From Candidatus Hydrogenedentota bacterium (lineage in GTDB: Bacteria; Hydrogenedentota; Hydrogenedentia; Hydrogenedentales; SLHB01), in contig BTVY01000011.1 of assembly GCA_045863335.1 (NCBI GenBank), positions 1 through 64,000 of the forward strand: a stretch of 64,000 nt of DNA, in the 5' to 3' direction. The notes beneath the pieces were generated by a model that searched no databases, was not told the origin of the DNA, and saw nothing but the letters and a program-made list of their open reading frames with translations. Of this stretch, positions 61,034-64,000 are shown piece by piece. Position 1 is the first letter of the stretch; each line of letters starts with the position of its first letter. A program made the translations under genes and the position numbers.

Positions 61034-62020
61034 ATGGGTGCGCAATTGCGTATCGGGTTTATCGGCGCCGGTGGAATCTCGGCGGTTCATTACGAGCGGC
61101 TGCGCGCCGTCAAAGGCGCCGCGGTCGTCGCCCTCACGGAACCCAGCGCGACTTCGTTACAGCGCTTGTTTGCGCGGTTTCCGGAAACGGAGCGGCTGCC
61201 TCGTTACGAAAACTACATCGACATGATCCGGCGTGAGGACCTCGATGGCGTCGTCGTCATGAGCCCCCACACGCTGCATTACGAGCAGATCAGCACGTGC
61301 CTGGGCAAGGGCCTCCACGTGCTCGCGGAAAAGCCGCTGACCTGTACCGTCAAGCACGCGAAAGCCCTGATTCGCAAGGCGGCACAAGTAAACCGCGTGC
61401 TGATGATCGCATACCAGCGGCACTACGACCCCCAGTTCCGCTACATGCGCGAGCAGATCGCCAAGGGCGCGCTCGGCGAGATTCAATTCGTTCAGGCGAT
61501 CCAGTCCCAGGAATGGCTTCGGGTCACCAAAGGCATGTGGCGGCAGACCCTGGCGCTTTCCGGCGGCGGGCAATTAAACGATTCCGGGAGCCACCTCATC
61601 GACATCATCATGTGGGTCACCGGGCTCAACGTTGCCGAGGTTTATGCGAAACAGGAGAACTTCGGCGGCGAGGTCGATATCAATTCGACCCTCTCCATGA
61701 AGTTCCGGAATGGCGCGCTCGGCAGCATGTCGATCATCGGCAACGCCCCCGCCTGGTATGAAGACCACACCATCATCGGCAGCAAAGGCGCGCTATACTT
61801 ACGGCAGGGAATCGGGCTGATCCACCAGGATGAAATGGGTAAACCGGTTCGCGTGAAATTGCCGAAATATACGAAAGACCCTGATTTAAATTTCATCGAT
61901 GTCATACGGGGCAAAGACGTTCCGCAAGCGCCGGCCGAGTGCGGCCTGCGGACCATCGAAGTCACCGAGGCGGCCTGGCGGTCGGCCACTTCTGGAAAAG
62001 CGGTGCCCGCGCCGAAATAG
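61034..62020 (+). CDS. Gfo/Idh/MocA-family oxidoreductase
   Basis: IGFIGAGGI, HVLAEKPL, WR..LSGGG.L.DSGSH..D. Confidence 0.92.
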   Translation: MGAQLRIGFIGAGGISAVHYERLRAVKGAAVVALTEPSATSLQRLFARFPETERLPRYENYIDMIRREDLDGVVVMSPHTLHYEQISTCLGKGLHVLAEKPLTCTVKHAKALIRKAAQVNRVLMIAYQRHYDPQFRYMREQIAKGALGEIQFVQAIQSQEWLRVTKGMWRQTLALSGGGQLNDSGSHLIDIIMWVTGLNVAEVYAKQENFGGEVDINSTLSMKFRNGALGSMSIIGNAPAWYEDHTIIGSKGALYLRQGIGLIHQDEMGKPVRVKLPKYTKDPDLNFIDVIRGKDVPQAPAECGLRTIEVTEAAWRSATSGKAVPAPK

Positions 62021-62089
62021 CGGCTGCGTTCGCGATGTTCTGAGACACGGGGCTGACATGCATTTCCATACTCCGGGAGAAACGTCATC

Positions 62090-64000
62090 GTGACCTTTGC
62101 GCTGATCGCCGGCGCCGTGTATATGGCTTCCCTGTCCGGCGCCGAATCGTACCTCGAAGCCCGCGAGGCCGAGATGCAGGGCCGGTACGCCGATGCCGTC
62201 CGCCACTACGACGCCGTAACCGGGGAAGATGGATTGTTGCGGTCCTACGCGCTGGTGCGCAGGGCGCGCTGCATCGGCCTGGCCGGAGACGATGCAAAAG
62301 CCATCGCCCAGCTCGAACTCTTAGCCACCGACGACACCCTGGGCGCCGCCCAACGCCTGGCCCTTGAAGAACTCGCCATGCGCTATGACCGGATCGGGCG
62401 CCCGGGCGACGCCGCCACGCTGTTGAGAAAGGCGCTGGATGTGCCCGTGTCCGCGCGATACCTGTGGCCCTACCGAATCGCGCTCGTCGACCTGTTGACG
62501 AAGACCGACGCGGGAAAAGCGGAAGGCTACACCCTGTGCGCGACGCTCCTCGCCGAGTCGTGGACCCGCACCCGCCGCCTCGAGGCCGCCGAACGCCTCA
62601 GGAATTCGCCCGATCTCCAGCATGTGCTCGATGCCGCCGACGCGTACCTGTACAGCGGCGAGGACCGCGATGCGCAGAACGTCCTGCTCGCCGCGGCGCC
62701 GAGGTTGTTACTTGCCGGCAGCGCCCACCGGCCCCAGAGCCTTTACCTTCAAGGCCGGCTCCAACTGGGAGGGAAGGATGGCAGCGGTCGGATCATCCTC
62801 CGTGAGGTTGCCGAGAACTATCCCGAATCGACGTGGGCGGCCGCGGCCTTGCACTACCTGGGTCGGGATTTGTATGGCGCCGGCCAGCACGACGCAGCCA
62901 AATCGGCCTTCGACCGGCTCGCCGAACACTATCCCGGCAGCGACGACACGGCGCGCGCCCTTTGGTGGTACGGCGAAAAGCTGGCGTCTTCGGGTTCGGA
63001 AATGGCGGCCGTGGCCGTCTACCAACAGCTCGCGCGGGCCTGTCCCGAGCATCGGCTCGCCGACGACGCCTGGATCGAGTCCGGGCGGCTCCTGCGAGGC
63101 CAGAAAAAGCCGGCGGAGGCGATCGAGGCCTACCAGGCGCTCGCCACGCACCATCCCAACAGCGCGATGGCGGCGGAGGCCCTGTTTGAAAGCGGGCGCC
63201 TTAAAGAATCCGGGGGCGATACGGAAGGCGCGGTCGCGGACTACGGCAAGGCCGCCCGGCTGGTCGGCCAGTTCTACGCCCATCGCGCGGTAGAGCGCCT
63301 TCATGAACTCGGCAAAGTCGCGGCCCCCGACCTGAAGGCCGCCGGAACCGCTTCCTTCGTCCGGCCCGTACCCCTGGGGTTGTTACCGGAGACCGAGTTC
63401 CCGCAATCGATCCTCCAAAGCGCCTGGTATCAGCGGCTGACTTTCTTTGCTAGTCACGGGTTGGAAGAGGCCGAGTGGGAGGCCCTGCACCTGGTCCCCG
63501 CCATCCTGGCCGCGGACGACGCCGGCGTGTACTACCGCGTCTTGTCCGACGCGGGGTTGACGGCCATGGCCGCCGAGTTTGCCGAGGCGACGGGTTGGGG
63601 GCTGAAAGACGGGGCGCCGACCCTGGAGCGGTTGCGCGTGCTTTACCCCCGCGCCTACTGGGGCGACGTCCAACGCATGGCAAGAGAAACAGGCCTCGAT
63701 CCGTATCTGATTCTCGCCGTGGGAAGGCAGGAGAGCATCTTCCAATCCCGCGTGGTATCGTCCGCGGGCGCGACCGGCGTGATGCAGCTCATGCCCGCGA
63801 CGGCCAAATGGCTTGCAAGTATCGAGCCTGCAGTTAGTAACGACCACGTGGACAACCTGACCCACCCCGAGAACTCGCTGCGGCTGGGCGCCTACTACCT
63901 CATCCGCATGGTGGAGCGCAACGACTCGAATCTGGTATTTGCGTTGGCCTCCTACAACGCGGGTCCGGGGAACGTGTCGAAATGGAAACGGCAGATTCCT
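62090..64000 (+). CDS. TPR-containing soluble lytic transglycosylase (Slt70-like), 3' truncated by the window
   Basis: Manual translation from GTG 62090 (GGGAGA RBS); TPR repeats; in the same frame YPRAY, LILAVGRQES, GATGVMQLMPATA, LASYNAGPG; missing from the ORF track because no stop occurs in the window. Confidence 0.88.
   Translation, partial: MTFALIAGAVYMASLSGAESYLEAREAEMQGRYADAVRHYDAVTGEDGLLRSYALVRRARCIGLAGDDAKAIAQLELLATDDTLGAAQRLALEELAMRYDRIGRPGDAATLLRKALDVPVSARYLWPYRIALVDLLTKTDAGKAEGYTLCATLLAESWTRTRRLEAAERLRNSPDLQHVLDAADAYLYSGEDRDAQNVLLAAAPRLLLAGSAHRPQSLYLQGRLQLGGKDGSGRIILREVAENYPESTWAAAALHYLGRDLYGAGQHDAAKSAFDRLAEHYPGSDDTARALWWYGEKLASSGSEMAAVAVYQQLARACPEHRLADDAWIESGRLLRGQKKPAEAIEAYQALATHHPNSAMAAEALFESGRLKESGGDTEGAVADYGKAARLVGQFYAHRAVERLHELGKVAAPDLKAAGTASFVRPVPLGLLPETEFPQSILQSAWYQRLTFFASHGLEEAEWEALHLVPAILAADDAGVYYRVLSDAGLTAMAAEFAEATGWGLKDGAPTLERLRVLYPRAYWGDVQRMARETGLDPYLILAVGRQESIFQSRVVSSAGATGVMQLMPATAKWLASIEPAVSNDHVDNLTHPENSLRLGAYYLIRMVERNDSNLVFALASYNAGPGNVSKWKRQIP

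Noticed and set aside
62058-62093. ATG 62058 as start of the lytic transglycosylase
   Set aside because: That frame stops at 62093; the SLT frame begins at GTG 62090

Overview
GC-rich bacterial chromosomal window with about 50 protein-coding genes. The many secreted enzymes of unknown function, orphan PAS hybrid kinases and a PEP-CTERM-like tail suggest a Planctomycetes/Hydrogenedentes-like organism (inference only). Recognisable content: the 3' end (domain V/VI) of a class C group II intron at the window start; purU; aroK; an AAC(3)/YokD-family acetyltransferase; a nine-gene arsenic/thiol-redox island (arsR-arsP-small Trx-DGC-Trx-ccdA-arsR-arsC-acr3) with visible operators; a sirtuin; the carboxy(nor)spermidine dehydrogenase-nspC polyamine operon; comEA; an ECF sigma factor with a YfbK-type VWA partner; a YhaO/YhaN-like (Mre11/Rad50-like) pair; GT2 and YfhO-type glycosyltransferases; and a TPR-lytic transglycosylase running off the end. 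Most notable: (1) an unannotated sigma54 unit with tandem enhancer-like boxes, a consensus -24/-12 promoter, a 50-aa tail-hydrophobic ORF and a terminator; (2) a secreted single-chain triple-RidA protein lacking the catalytic Arg; (3) the intron ending 9 bp from a REP doublet; (4) about seven distinct REP/REPIN-like palindrome types in intergenic gaps; (5) a catalytically degenerate YhfC-like membrane protein and a redoxin-sialidase fusion. No rRNA, tRNA, CRISPR array or transposase was seen. All family calls are by motif recognition; no database searches were run.
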